Assembly: GCA_041484255.1 (NCBI GenBank)
Contig: JBGPHE010000003.1
Span: forward strand, 1-39,167
Source of the DNA: Candidatus Nanoarchaeia archaeon
GTDB lineage: Archaea; Nanobdellota; Nanobdellia; Woesearchaeales; ARS49
DNA length: 39,167 bases
Reading direction: 5' to 3'
Below are positions 1 to 9,202 of the stretch, one piece after another. Position 1 is the stretch's first letter. Every line of letters begins with the position of its first letter. The notes beneath the pieces were generated by a model, which was not told the origin of the DNA, made no database searches, and saw only the letters and a list, made by a program, of their open reading frames with translations. Position numbers and translations under genes: made by a program.

Positions 1-1
1 C

Positions 2-268
2 ACGCTCAATATCTGCGGACAGACGTCGCTCACGCAGCTCGCGGCGATTCTCAAGCGCTGCAGTCTTATTTTGTGCCCTGATTCAGGCACGATGCACATC
101 GCGCGCGCCATGAACACGCCCTTGATCGGCCTGTTCACCGTGGAAAACGCGCGAGAATGGGGCTACAATGAAGGAAACTTCAGGCACATCAAGAAATTCG
201 GCAAAGAAGCGATCACGGTCGAGGACGTTCTCGACAAAATCAAGCAGTTGAAAGTCCTGCCTTCTTAA
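2..268 (+). CDS. Glycosyltransferase family 9 (heptosyltransferase-like), C-terminal part; 5' end outside window
   Basis: Frame open from base 2: TLNICGQTSLTQLAAILKRCSLILCPDSGTMHIARAMNTPLIGLF matches the GT9 motif G.TSL..LAA.....L....DSG.MH.A.A...P..GLF. Confidence 0.85.
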   Translation, partial: TLNICGQTSLTQLAAILKRCSLILCPDSGTMHIARAMNTPLIGLFTVENAREWGYNEGNFRHIKKFGKEAITVEDVLDKIKQLKVLPS

Positions 269-1025
269 GAAAGACATACCAGTACAGAAAAAAGTTGTAC
301 AGCGCGAGCTGCAATGCGATGCTGATGTCTGATTTTCTGAAAATCGTCAGGTGTAACACATAATAGTACCCGCAATAGAGCACGAACCAGAGCGGCGCCT
401 TGAGCATATACCACAATGCAGGCTTGGTTGCAACTTTTTTCTTGATTAATTGGTCAGCGTGGATCTTGACGATGCGCATCGTCTTGGTGAAGAACACCTT
501 GAGCGTGCACCGATCGCCGTCCTGCAGGTGGATGAGTTTGTAATCCGTGTGCACGGTCTCGCCCCGAACATGAATCATCTCGTTCGGCAGGCCGCGGAAG
601 CCGTCCAATGCCTTTTTGCGGAACAGAATCGTCTTTTGCACGCGGGAAAAGAACCCTTTGGTCAAATTCGTATCGCCGTACTTGACTGGCCAGAGGAAGC
701 TGTACGCGTTCACATCGGGATTCGCAATCAGTTTCCTGATGTTTTTCTGCAGTCGCGGCGTCAAACGCTCGTCTTGGTCAATCCAGAGAATCCAGTCGCC
801 GCTGGCCTTCGAGAAAGTAAACAGCCGGTGCGGCTCTGCTTCGCCGACATACGGGCGAACGTACACTTTGTCGGTGTATTCGCGGCAGATTTCGAGCGTG
901 CGGTCGCGGCACGGGCCGTCGTGCACGATGACGATGTCATCGACGACGCCTTTGATGCTGTCGAGGCAGTCGCGGATGAGCTTTTCGCCGTTCCACACGA
1001 CAAGGCACGCGGAAAGCTTAGACAT
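240..1025 (-). CDS. Glycosyltransferase family 2
   Basis: MSKLSACLVVWNGEKLIRDCLDSI, IVIVHDGPCRDRT and WILWIDQDE (DxD); start moved to ATG 1025, 22 nt after TTTAAATA. Confidence 0.9.
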   Translation of the reverse strand: MSKLSACLVVWNGEKLIRDCLDSIKGVVDDIVIVHDGPCRDRTLEICREYTDKVYVRPYVGEAEPHRLFTFSKASGDWILWIDQDERLTPRLQKNIRKLIANPDVNAYSFLWPVKYGDTNLTKGFFSRVQKTILFRKKALDGFRGLPNEMIHVRGETVHTDYKLIHLQDGDRCTLKVFFTKTMRIVKIHADQLIKKKVATKPALWYMLKAPLWFVLYCGYYYVLHLTIFRKSDISIALQLALYNFFLYWYVFLKKAGLSTA

Positions 1026-1047
1026 ACGCGAAAAACCGAGAATCGCA

Positions 1048-1088
1048 TATTTAAAGATTGTGGATGCCCTGCTCGGAAGCTTTATAAG
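1048..1088. promoter_or_regulatory. Divergent archaeal TATA boxes: TTTAAATA (- strand, 1055-1048) and TTTATAAG (+ strand, 1081-1088)
   Basis: AT-rich boxes in GC-rich DNA, each exactly 22 nt from the ATG it faces (1025 and 1111). Confidence 0.75.
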
Positions 1089-1110
1089 TGAACCAAAGCT
1101 CGCCAAATGC

Positions 1111-3024
1111 ATGGATACCGTCGTATTTGTGCACGGCAAACTGCCTCAGGGAGCAGTGCCGCAGGGCAAGGACGTACAAGTGATTGCGCTGGACATTACC
1201 GCCTCGCTCGCGCTTACCGCGGCGAACATCCCGCACAAGACCGCGGACAAGTATCCCGTTCCCGACAGCAACAAGCGCGCGGTGGACTTTCTCAACGAAT
1301 GGTCTGCCAAGCCCGTGCTGGACAACTTCACCATCAAGGACTTGCTCGCGCACGATGGATTTTCATTCTGGTGGTGCATGGAGCAGTGGCTCTACTACAG
1401 CTTCCTCTACCGCGATCCGCTGAACAAGATTATCGAGGCCATTGACGTCGTGCAGACCGTCCTCAAGACCGAGCGGCCGAAGAATGTGACCTACGTCAAT
1501 GATGGCACGCTGTTCAGCCGCGTCATTCCGATGCTCGCAAGTAACGCAAAGCTCCAGCCGATCGCGCGCACACGGCCGATGCAGGAGCGCTTCAAGGAAG
1601 CTATCCGTCCGTGGGGCATTCAGGAGTTTTTCCGCTGGCACATCCGCGCGCGCAGGCTCATCTGGACATTGCAGCGACCGCGCCACCGTTTGCAGGCGCA
1701 CAAAGGCAAGCACGTGCTCGCGGTCTGCGCGTATCATTGGCGCATGGTCGAGCACCCGTCGCTCGCCAAGCCGATGCTGGGCGACCCGTACATCACGCCG
1801 ATCGTCGACCAGCTGAAAGGCGACGCGATCACGTACGTGGACGGCACGCAGCGCGAATATGTCGGCTTTGACGCGCTCAAGCGCAAGGCAAAGTCAGATC
1901 AACGTCACGTGTTGCTCGAGCAGTATGTCTCGGGCGACGAAGCGCGCGAGGCAACGCGCGCCATCAAGAAGCTCAGGCACACGGCAAAGCAATTGGAGCG
2001 CTCGCCGGAGTTCAAATCATCCTGGATGCTGGACGGCATCGACCTCTGGCCGCTCATCGCGCCGCAGTTCCGCTGCTATTTCGCGCGCCGGCTCGAAGGC
2101 CACCTGCTTGATTACGTCAGCGTCAAGGCATTGCTCACGCACGAGCAGCCGAACCTTGTGATTTACCCGTGCGAGGGCGGCGACCTCGCGTACATATTCT
2201 ACAAGCTTTCAGCAGAGCGCCGCATTCCGAGCGTCGGCATCCAGCACGGCACGATGAGCTACAGCCCGCTGACCGTGCACGCCAAGGACGAGATGTGCTC
2301 AGGCAAGCCGCAGTGCCTGCCGCGCCCGACAAAACTGCTCGTGTACGGCCCGTACTATCGCGATTATCTTGTCGAGCACGGCGATTATCCCAAGGACGAA
2401 CTTGCAGTCATCGGCAATCTGCGTTACGACAATTACGGCGGCACGCAGAAGCTTGTAAAAAAAGAAATGACCAAGAAATATGGATTTGACGGTACCAAGC
2501 CCATCATCCTGTACGCAACTCAGGTGATGCCGACGCCGAAGGAAGGCGAGGAGATCACGCGGGCAGTCTTCCGAGCGGCCAAGGAGCTTGACCTGCCCCT
2601 CATCGTAAAGCAGCACCCGGGCGAGCCCAGCGACGCGTTCTATCACACGCTTGCCCAGGAGATGGGCATGAGCCCGCCCATCATCAAGCATACGTCGACG
2701 TTAGAACTCATCACTGCAACCGATGTGATGATCGGCTCAGAATCGACGCTGAACTATGAGGCAATGATTCTAGGCAAGCCCATCATCATCTTGAATTTCG
2801 GCGGAGGGCGCAAGGACTGGATGAGCTTTGCCCAGGACGGAGCAGCGCTTGGCGTGTACCATCCTGAAGATGTTGTTCCCGCGCTGAAGAAGGCATTGTA
2901 CGATCCGCGTGTCCGCGCAGAACTCGAAGAGGGCATGCGTGTGCTTTTCGCGGCGCACTGCTACCGGGCAGATGGCAAGGCTGCGGAGCGCGCGGTGCAT
3001 ATTATCAAGGAGCTGCTCGAATGA
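1111..3024 (+). CDS. GT-B-fold surface-polysaccharide protein (TagF/SpsB/UDP-GlcNAc 2-epimerase-like C-terminus); candidate nonulosonate transferase
   Basis: SVGIQHG, LLVYG, IGNLRYD, IVKQHPGE and STLNYEAMILGKP motifs; true start ATG 1111 (the 616 extension is antisense to the GT2 gene). Confidence 0.7.
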   Translation: MDTVVFVHGKLPQGAVPQGKDVQVIALDITASLALTAANIPHKTADKYPVPDSNKRAVDFLNEWSAKPVLDNFTIKDLLAHDGFSFWWCMEQWLYYSFLYRDPLNKIIEAIDVVQTVLKTERPKNVTYVNDGTLFSRVIPMLASNAKLQPIARTRPMQERFKEAIRPWGIQEFFRWHIRARRLIWTLQRPRHRLQAHKGKHVLAVCAYHWRMVEHPSLAKPMLGDPYITPIVDQLKGDAITYVDGTQREYVGFDALKRKAKSDQRHVLLEQYVSGDEAREATRAIKKLRHTAKQLERSPEFKSSWMLDGIDLWPLIAPQFRCYFARRLEGHLLDYVSVKALLTHEQPNLVIYPCEGGDLAYIFYKLSAERRIPSVGIQHGTMSYSPLTVHAKDEMCSGKPQCLPRPTKLLVYGPYYRDYLVEHGDYPKDELAVIGNLRYDNYGGTQKLVKKEMTKKYGFDGTKPIILYATQVMPTPKEGEEITRAVFRAAKELDLPLIVKQHPGEPSDAFYHTLAQEMGMSPPIIKHTSTLELITATDVMIGSESTLNYEAMILGKPIIILNFGGGRKDWMSFAQDGAALGVYHPEDVVPALKKALYDPRVRAELEEGMRVLFAAHCYRADGKAAERAVHIIKELLE

Positions 3025-3977
3025 CCTCGCCCTGCCTTATTTGCGGTTCGCGCGACAAGCGCTTCATGTTCATCGCCGTCGACCGCTTGCACGCATTGCC
3101 TGGCTCGTTCCGCGTGATACGGTGCAGGAAGTGCGGCGCATTGATGCTAGACCCGCAGCCGAGCATGAAGGACATTGGCAGGTATTACCCGTCCGAGTAT
3201 CACGCGTATGCACAGTACAATCCGGGAACGAAGAAAGAGCGCTTCGCGATCTCGATGTACAAGCTGTTTTTCAAGCCCGGCGGCAATCTGCTGAAGAAAC
3301 TGCTGTTCCTGCCGTTCAAGCACCTGCTGCGCGGCACGCACATCGTTCAGGGAGGCAGAATCCTTGATGTCGGCTGCGGAAGCGGCGCGTTCCTGTACAA
3401 GATGCAGAGCGCGGGAATGGAGGCGTTCGGCGTCGAGCTTTCCTCCGACGGCGCGCGCGAAGCGCAGCGCCTCGGCTTGAAAGTCAAGTGCGGCACGCTG
3501 GAACAGCAGAAATATCCTTCAAACTACTTCGACGTCATCACGCTGAATCACGTGTTCGAACACGTACCGAGCCCGATGCGCACGCTGCGCGAGTTGAAGC
3601 GCATTTTGAAGCCCGAAGGCAGGATTATCATCGCTGTTCCGAACGCGCGCTCGCTGGCGTGCAAGCTGTTCGGCCGCTATTGGGCGTCGCTGGATGCTCC
3701 GCGGCACTTGAGCATCCCGACGCCGCGCGCGATGCGCATCGCGGCAGAGAATGCAGGGCTTGATGTTAAGAAAGTCCGCTTTATTTCCTTCCCGTTCCAG
3801 TTCCAGGCAAGTCTGGCGTACGTGTTCCATCCTGGCGCACGTGTTCCGCTGGACAAGACCTGGCTCGGCGAGAGCAGACTTGCATACTGGCTGCTCTTCC
3901 CGCTTGTCTATCTGGTCGACTTTTTGAGAATCGGCGACGTCATAGAAGTGACGATGCGCTCGAGGGAGAAGGTATGA
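3021..3977 (+). CDS. Class I SAM-dependent methyltransferase with N-terminal CxxC...CxxC Zn site
   Basis: CLICG...CRKCG, ILDVGCGSG, FDVITLNHVFEH, DAPRHL; ATGA overlap with upstream gene. Confidence 0.9.
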   Translation: MTSPCLICGSRDKRFMFIAVDRLHALPGSFRVIRCRKCGALMLDPQPSMKDIGRYYPSEYHAYAQYNPGTKKERFAISMYKLFFKPGGNLLKKLLFLPFKHLLRGTHIVQGGRILDVGCGSGAFLYKMQSAGMEAFGVELSSDGAREAQRLGLKVKCGTLEQQKYPSNYFDVITLNHVFEHVPSPMRTLRELKRILKPEGRIIIAVPNARSLACKLFGRYWASLDAPRHLSIPTPRAMRIAAENAGLDVKKVRFISFPFQFQASLAYVFHPGARVPLDKTWLGESRLAYWLLFPLVYLVDFLRIGDVIEVTMRSREKV

Positions 3978-5695
3978 TCCGTCCGCGCATTGTCGCAATT
4001 GTGCAGGCGCGCATGACGTCCACGCGCCTGCCGGGAAAGCCCCTGCTCAAGATAGGCAAGAAATCACTGCTGCAGATGATGCTAGACCGTATCCCGAAGA
4101 GCGCGACGCTCTCCGACGTCATCGTCGCGACCTCGACGCTGCCGGAAAGCGACGAAATCGAAGGAGAATGCAGGCGACTGGGCGTGCGGTGCTTCCGCGG
4201 CTCGGAGAACGATGTCCTTTCGCGGTTTGTCGCTGTCGCGCGCAAGACAAACGCAGACCACATTGTGCGCATCTGTGGCGATGAGCCGTTCGTCGACCCG
4301 GTGATCATCGACGGCGTTGTCCGCAGCCATCTCGCGTCGCGCGCAGACTACACTTCCACGGCGCTCGAACGGACTTTCCCCAAGGGTGCAGATGTGGAAG
4401 TGATGACGCGGCGGGCGCTGCTGACGGTGGACGCCGCTGCGCAGACCGCACAGGAACGCGAGCACGTCACGCTCAAGCTCGTGAACAGCAGGGCGTTCAC
4501 AAAGAACAGCGTTGCCGCGTCGCCGTTGTTACGCATGCCTGAGCTCAACCTCTGCATCGACACCGCGCAAGACCTGCGCTTCATCCGGAAGGTGCAGGAG
4601 GGCGTGGGATACGATGCATCGACAAAGGACATCGTCGCGTTCTTCAGGCAGCACAAGGATATCAGGCGCAGGCCGCTCACAGTGTTCCGCGCAGACGGCG
4701 GCTGGAGGCGAGGCATGGGGCATATCTCCACCGGGCTCGCGCTCTGCCAGCGCCTGAAGAAGGGAGGCATGGACGTGCTGTTTCTCGTCCGCGGAGAGCC
4801 TGAAGTCATCCGAACGATTGAGGCGGCAGGATATCCCGTGCAGCGACTGGACGGAAGCGCCCGTCGCGAGACCAAGGACGTGCTTGCCGTGCTCAATCAC
4901 TTGCGGCCGGAGCTGTATGTCACGGACTTGCTTTCCGTTCCGCAGGATTATGCGCCTGAACTCCGCGCCATGGGCATCAAGACCCTGTCCATCGACGTGC
5001 TCGGAACGACGAAGTTCACGCCTGACGTCATAGTGAACCGCTCGCTCGCGCCTGAACGCATCAGTAAGTACAGCCGCTCAGGCAGCACGAAACACTTCCT
5101 CGGTCCGCAGCATGCCATTCTCGGAGAAGCGTTTGCGCACGCGCATCGCAAAAAGAAACACATTCGTTTCCCGCCAAAGAATATCGTGCTCACGTTCGGC
5201 GGCAGCGATCCGAAGAACCTCACGGTCAAGGCGCTGAAGGCAATCGAGCGCGTGCCCGGCGATTTCACCGTTACGGTGGTTATCGGCGCGGCGTATAAGC
5301 ACCAGCAGCAGCTCGAGCACATGCTCGCAGGCATGACCAAGCGCGTGCGCGTGCTCAGAAATATTGCAAACATGGCAGAAGTGCTGCACGCCGCAGACGC
5401 AGCAATCAGCGCAGGGGGCTACACGCTGCACGAGCTCGCATGCACCGGCACGCCCGCGCTAGTGATGAGTTTGGAACCTGGGCAGCGCGTGAACGCCAAG
5501 GAATTCACCGGCTATGAAACCATTGTTGACGCAGGCTGGGGTCCGGATATAACCGTTGAGAAGCTCACCGAATCTATCAAGAAGTTCCTCGGCGACCGAG
5601 CCGCGCTGCTGCGGATGAGCAAGAACGGCAAGAAGCTCGTGGACGGCAAGGGATTGGAGCGCGTGCTGGCAGTCATCCGCAGCTTACTTCGCTGA
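3974..5695 (+). CDS. Fusion of SpsF/PseF-like cytidylyltransferase and SpsG/PseG-like nucleotide-sugar hydrolase
   Basis: N-half: AIVQARMTSTRLPGK, FRGSENDVLSRF, REHVT, DTAQD. C-half: FRADGG..RGMGH, LTFGGSDP, AISAGG.TLHELAC.GTP, VDGKG..RV. Confidence 0.9.
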   Translation: MIRPRIVAIVQARMTSTRLPGKPLLKIGKKSLLQMMLDRIPKSATLSDVIVATSTLPESDEIEGECRRLGVRCFRGSENDVLSRFVAVARKTNADHIVRICGDEPFVDPVIIDGVVRSHLASRADYTSTALERTFPKGADVEVMTRRALLTVDAAAQTAQEREHVTLKLVNSRAFTKNSVAASPLLRMPELNLCIDTAQDLRFIRKVQEGVGYDASTKDIVAFFRQHKDIRRRPLTVFRADGGWRRGMGHISTGLALCQRLKKGGMDVLFLVRGEPEVIRTIEAAGYPVQRLDGSARRETKDVLAVLNHLRPELYVTDLLSVPQDYAPELRAMGIKTLSIDVLGTTKFTPDVIVNRSLAPERISKYSRSGSTKHFLGPQHAILGEAFAHAHRKKKHIRFPPKNIVLTFGGSDPKNLTVKALKAIERVPGDFTVTVVIGAAYKHQQQLEHMLAGMTKRVRVLRNIANMAEVLHAADAAISAGGYTLHELACTGTPALVMSLEPGQRVNAKEFTGYETIVDAGWGPDITVEKLTESIKKFLGDRAALLRMSKNGKKLVDGKGLERVLAVIRSLLR

Positions 5696-6673
5696 GAGCT
5701 CGCGAACCATTCTCGCTGCCGCGCGCTGGTGCACCGGATCCAGGTAATCTGTTTCCCGGTATTCGGGAATGACATACGGGATATTCGCGGGAATGATCGC
5801 CTCTTTCATCACGCGAGCGACATCGATGATGCCATCGGCTCCTGCGTGGCCCTCATTCTCGTGCTCGAGTGCAAATCCCGCCTGGGCGTTCGCGAACTGG
5901 AGCGAGCCGATGCGGTCTGCGTTGCTCTTTATTTCCAGGATGATCTGGTCAGTAATCGCGGTCCGGAGGTCGTGCTGCTTCGCGAGGCGGTAGCCGGTCG
6001 CGATATCCTCCTCGACCGCAGGGAAATACATCCTGCCGCGCTTTGTCTCCACAAACCAGCCGCAGTTGTCCTGCTTCGCCTGGCTCCACGTGTAGAGCGT
6101 CTCTGCAAGGTGGACGATGTCCAGCGCGAGCGGGATGTTGGTGTCGGCGAAATCGCTCATGCGCGCTGAAACGGTACGCGCATACAGCTTTTCCTCCTGG
6201 TCGTATGCAGCGGCGATCGGCGTGCCGTTCTCCATCTGGATGGGAACGTTCGATGAACGCTGCAAAAGCGAGTAGTGATTGGCCATGGCTTCAAGATCGG
6301 ACTCGTAATCGCTTCTGAACGGCGTGTTCGGATGCGCAGGGCTGCCGCAATACTGGTACTGGAAATAGACCTCTGCATTGGTTTTTGCGGTGAGCTCATG
6401 AGCGAGCTCGATGCAGCGCGCAAGGAACTCTCTGCTGAAATGAGCGATGGTCGAGTCAGGAGAGAGTGGGTAGACTGGCATACCGTCGACCGAGTCAGGA
6501 GCCTCAAGCCCTACCACGGGATACTCTTGGGCAGTCTCCCGCAGCGCGGCCTTGGTCAAGGAAATATCCTTGAAATCGTTGCCCAGCAGCAGTATCTCGA
6601 TGCCGTCGCATTTCAACTGCCTGCGTGCGGCGATTTGCCCGGGATGAAGGATGCTTTTCGCGAGGAGCTTCAT
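5684..6673 (-). CDS. Hypothetical protein, probable xylose-isomerase/AP-endonuclease-2-like TIM barrel
   Basis: GIEI, QMENG, LALDIVHL, DGIID and VIPE resemble the metal-binding motifs of this fold; own TATA (CTTAAAAA 6702-6695). Confidence 0.5.
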   Translation of the reverse strand: MKLLAKSILHPGQIAARRQLKCDGIEILLLGNDFKDISLTKAALRETAQEYPVVGLEAPDSVDGMPVYPLSPDSTIAHFSREFLARCIELAHELTAKTNAEVYFQYQYCGSPAHPNTPFRSDYESDLEAMANHYSLLQRSSNVPIQMENGTPIAAAYDQEEKLYARTVSARMSDFADTNIPLALDIVHLAETLYTWSQAKQDNCGWFVETKRGRMYFPAVEEDIATGYRLAKQHDLRTAITDQIILEIKSNADRIGSLQFANAQAGFALEHENEGHAGADGIIDVARVMKEAIIPANIPYVIPEYRETDYLDPVHQRAAARMVRELSAK

Positions 6674-6697
6674 GGGAAAGGTATCGTCGGGGCGTTT

Positions 6698-7576
6698 TTA
6701 AGCTTTGGGGAAACGCAAGGCATAGTCCTCGAGCGCGGTCTTCAAGTCGTACGCTGCCTGGAAGCCGAGCTCGCGCGCAGCTTTTGAAGAGTCCAATGAC
6801 AGGGACACGCCCGTGTCAGGGACGTTTTTACCAGCGACGGATATCTTGCCCTTGCCAAAAGTGTCCGCGATGAGCTCGGCAAGCTGTTTCATGGTTACTG
6901 GTTCGCTTGAGCCGATGTTGTACGCGCCAGATGCGTGCGATTCGAGCGCCAGAAGGTGGGCGGTGACGATGTCCTTGACATAGACAAATTCCTGCTGGCG
7001 CGAGCCGTCGCCGAAATAGTTGAGATTTTCGCCTACGCGGGCCTGCTTGATAAAGATAGGCAGCACGGACACCGCCTTTTGACCGTGGCCAAAGGGCGAG
7101 GCATAGCGGAAGATGACTGCGCGCAGCTCGGACTGGTCCGCAGACTGCCTGATGAGCGCTTCCGCCGCGAGCTTGCTCTTGCCGTAGTTCGTGTTGGGCT
7201 GCAGCGGGTGCTGCTCGGTGATGGGCAAGAACTGCGGCTTGCCGTACACCGCAGTGGATGAGCTGTGGATGAGCGTCTTCACCTTATTCGTTGCGCAATA
7301 CGCGAGGATGTTGCGCGTTCCGTCGACATTGACACGCGCACACTGCGCCGCATCCTCGCCGATGTAGGCGGAGAAATTGATGACGATGTCGATGTTCTTG
7401 GGAAGCGCGCCGAATTGCTCAGGCGCAGTGATGTCCAGCGAGACATACATCGCTCCCGCAACTTTGTTGACCGCGTTGTGAAAAGTCGCAGTAACCGCGT
7501 GCTTGCGCGCGAGCAGTTCGGGAATGAGATAATCGCTCATGAAGCTGCCGGCGCCGATGATAAGTATGCTGCTCAC
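6698..7576 (-). CDS. NAD-dependent epimerase/dehydratase (extended SDR)
   Basis: ILIIGAGSFM, SSSTAVYG, YGKSK, EFVYVKD; GTG start at 7576 with GGAGGA upstream and GTGA overlap with the HAD gene. Confidence 0.88.
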   Translation of the reverse strand: MSSILIIGAGSFMSDYLIPELLARKHAVTATFHNAVNKVAGAMYVSLDITAPEQFGALPKNIDIVINFSAYIGEDAAQCARVNVDGTRNILAYCATNKVKTLIHSSSTAVYGKPQFLPITEQHPLQPNTNYGKSKLAAEALIRQSADQSELRAVIFRYASPFGHGQKAVSVLPIFIKQARVGENLNYFGDGSRQQEFVYVKDIVTAHLLALESHASGAYNIGSSEPVTMKQLAELIADTFGKGKISVAGKNVPDTGVSLSLDSSKAARELGFQAAYDLKTALEDYALRFPKA

Positions 7577-8181
7577 AAGATCTCCTCCAACGAGCGGATG
7601 AGCATTGCGCTCATCGCGCGCTGGTCTTTGTACGCGCTCGCGAAGCAATACGTTGTCACGGGCAGCCGCTGCATGTGCCTCAATTCCTCGACATCATCGC
7701 TCACAAAGACGACTTTGTCTGAGGGATGCTGCTGCAGCAGCGCTGCGAGCAGCACGTGCTTTTCGTCGGAGGTGTGGACTTCATCGATGAACATCCTGAT
7801 GCCGAGCAGGTCCAAGATCCGCTCGGTCAGCCGCGCCTCTTTTTTCGTGATGACGATGACGGTCTGCTGCCGCGACTTGATAATGCTGAGCGCCGCCTTA
7901 ACCCCTTTGTTGAGCACGGCGTGCTTCCAGATGGGCACGTCATTGAGAAGCGCGCGGCGCTCTTCCAGCAACGGCCCAATGGGGTCACGGACAATCTGCC
8001 GGAAGATGTCTTCTGCGAGCAGGCCTTTCTGACGGAGCGCGAGCAGCTTCTGCCCGGTGAGCAGCGGCAGGTGATGTTTCGCGAGAACAGTGTTGAACAC
8101 TTCCAGGTCGACGCTCTGGTTCGTAATCAGTGTATCGTCAAAGTCAAAGACATACAGCGTTCTGGTCGCGGGTTCAGACAT
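7573..8181 (-). CDS. HAD-superfamily hydrolase (phosphatase)
   Basis: YVFDFDDTL motif I, VIT motif II, K, VFVSDD motif IV; start at ATG 8181. Confidence 0.82.
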   Translation of the reverse strand: MSEPATRTLYVFDFDDTLITNQSVDLEVFNTVLAKHHLPLLTGQKLLALRQKGLLAEDIFRQIVRDPIGPLLEERRALLNDVPIWKHAVLNKGVKAALSIIKSRQQTVIVITKKEARLTERILDLLGIRMFIDEVHTSDEKHVLLAALLQQHPSDKVVFVSDDVEELRHMQRLPVTTYCFASAYKDQRAMSAMLIRSLEEIL

Positions 8182-9202
8182 AGTCGTGGATTCTGCCGGA
8201 GTGCGAGACCGGCCTGCCCTGCGTGAGCTTCTCGACCTCTGCGAGGTCGACCGAGACTTCCTGAAAGCAGCGTAAAACAGCGGTGTTGTACTGGATCTTC
8301 GGCGATTCCACTTTCCTGCCGAGGTAGAACTCGTCGATTGCCATATCGAGTTCATTGGCGCCCAGACCGGCGCGGGCAGGCGAGGAGCCGGAGAAGCGCG
8401 GGTTGATTTCGAACGCGTACGGCTTGCCGTCGACGAGCCGCGATTGGATGTTGATGGAGCCGACGGTCTTCAGCGTCCTGGCAATCGCGACGGCGTTCTG
8501 CGTGACTTCAGGATACTCCTTGCAGGTCATGATGCCGGAAGCGCCTGCGATGAGCGTGCGCTTGAACGTGATTGCGCTGATGAGCCTGCCGTCCTTGCCG
8601 AAGAGCACGCCGGTAGTGTATTCCTCTTCCGGACTGCCGACATAGCGCTGGATAATCGGCTTCATGCCTTTCGCGGCGTAGAAATGCAGATAAACCTTGA
8701 GCTCCTCTTCGTTTTCGATTTTGAACGCGTGTTTGGAGCCGCCGCCGAAACGGTCTTTGATGAACAGCGGGAATGCCAGGTTCTGGGGATCGTCGGGGAT
8801 GTACGACTCGGGGCAGTCGAAGCCGTGCTTCTTGAGGTACAGATACGTCTCCCACTTGTCGCGGCAGATGTTCACCGTCTCCTTGGGGTGCGCAAGCACG
8901 AAGACATGCTTGTCAATCTGGTCAATCGCGTTGGAGATGACCTCCATCTCCTTGTCCGAGCCGGGCAGGAGCACATCGACCTTTTCGTCGCGGATAATCC
9001 TGTTGATGGCGGGAATGTAGCCCGTATCGGTCGCGCGTGGCACCTGGTAGCCTGCGTCCACGCGGTACGACAGCGCGGACAACGCCTGCATATCGCAGCC
9101 GACAATGCGGTATTTTCCTTTGACGAGCTTCAGCGCTTTGACAAGCCCTTCGCCGGTGCCGCAGCTGCCGATGCCGGTGACCAGGACGATGATCGTGTTC
9201 AT
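8174..9202 (-). CDS. ATP-grasp domain protein (carbamoyl-phosphate-synthase-like stand-alone ligase)
   Basis: CRDKWETY, FPLFIKDRFGGGS, IIQRYV..EEYT, INIQ, FEINPRFSG. Confidence 0.9.
   Translation of the reverse strand: MNTIIVLVTGIGSCGTGEGLVKALKLVKGKYRIVGCDMQALSALSYRVDAGYQVPRATDTGYIPAINRIIRDEKVDVLLPGSDKEMEVISNAIDQIDKHVFVLAHPKETVNICRDKWETYLYLKKHGFDCPESYIPDDPQNLAFPLFIKDRFGGGSKHAFKIENEEELKVYLHFYAAKGMKPIIQRYVGSPEEEYTTGVLFGKDGRLISAITFKRTLIAGASGIMTCKEYPEVTQNAVAIARTLKTVGSINIQSRLVDGKPYAFEINPRFSGSSPARAGLGANELDMAIDEFYLGRKVESPKIQYNTAVLRCFQEVSVDLAEVEKLTQGRPVSHSGRIHDYV

Noticed and set aside
616-1110. 165-aa N-terminal extension of the 802-aa ORF
   Set aside because: Antisense to the GT2 gene; the TATA box at 1081 points to ATG 1111
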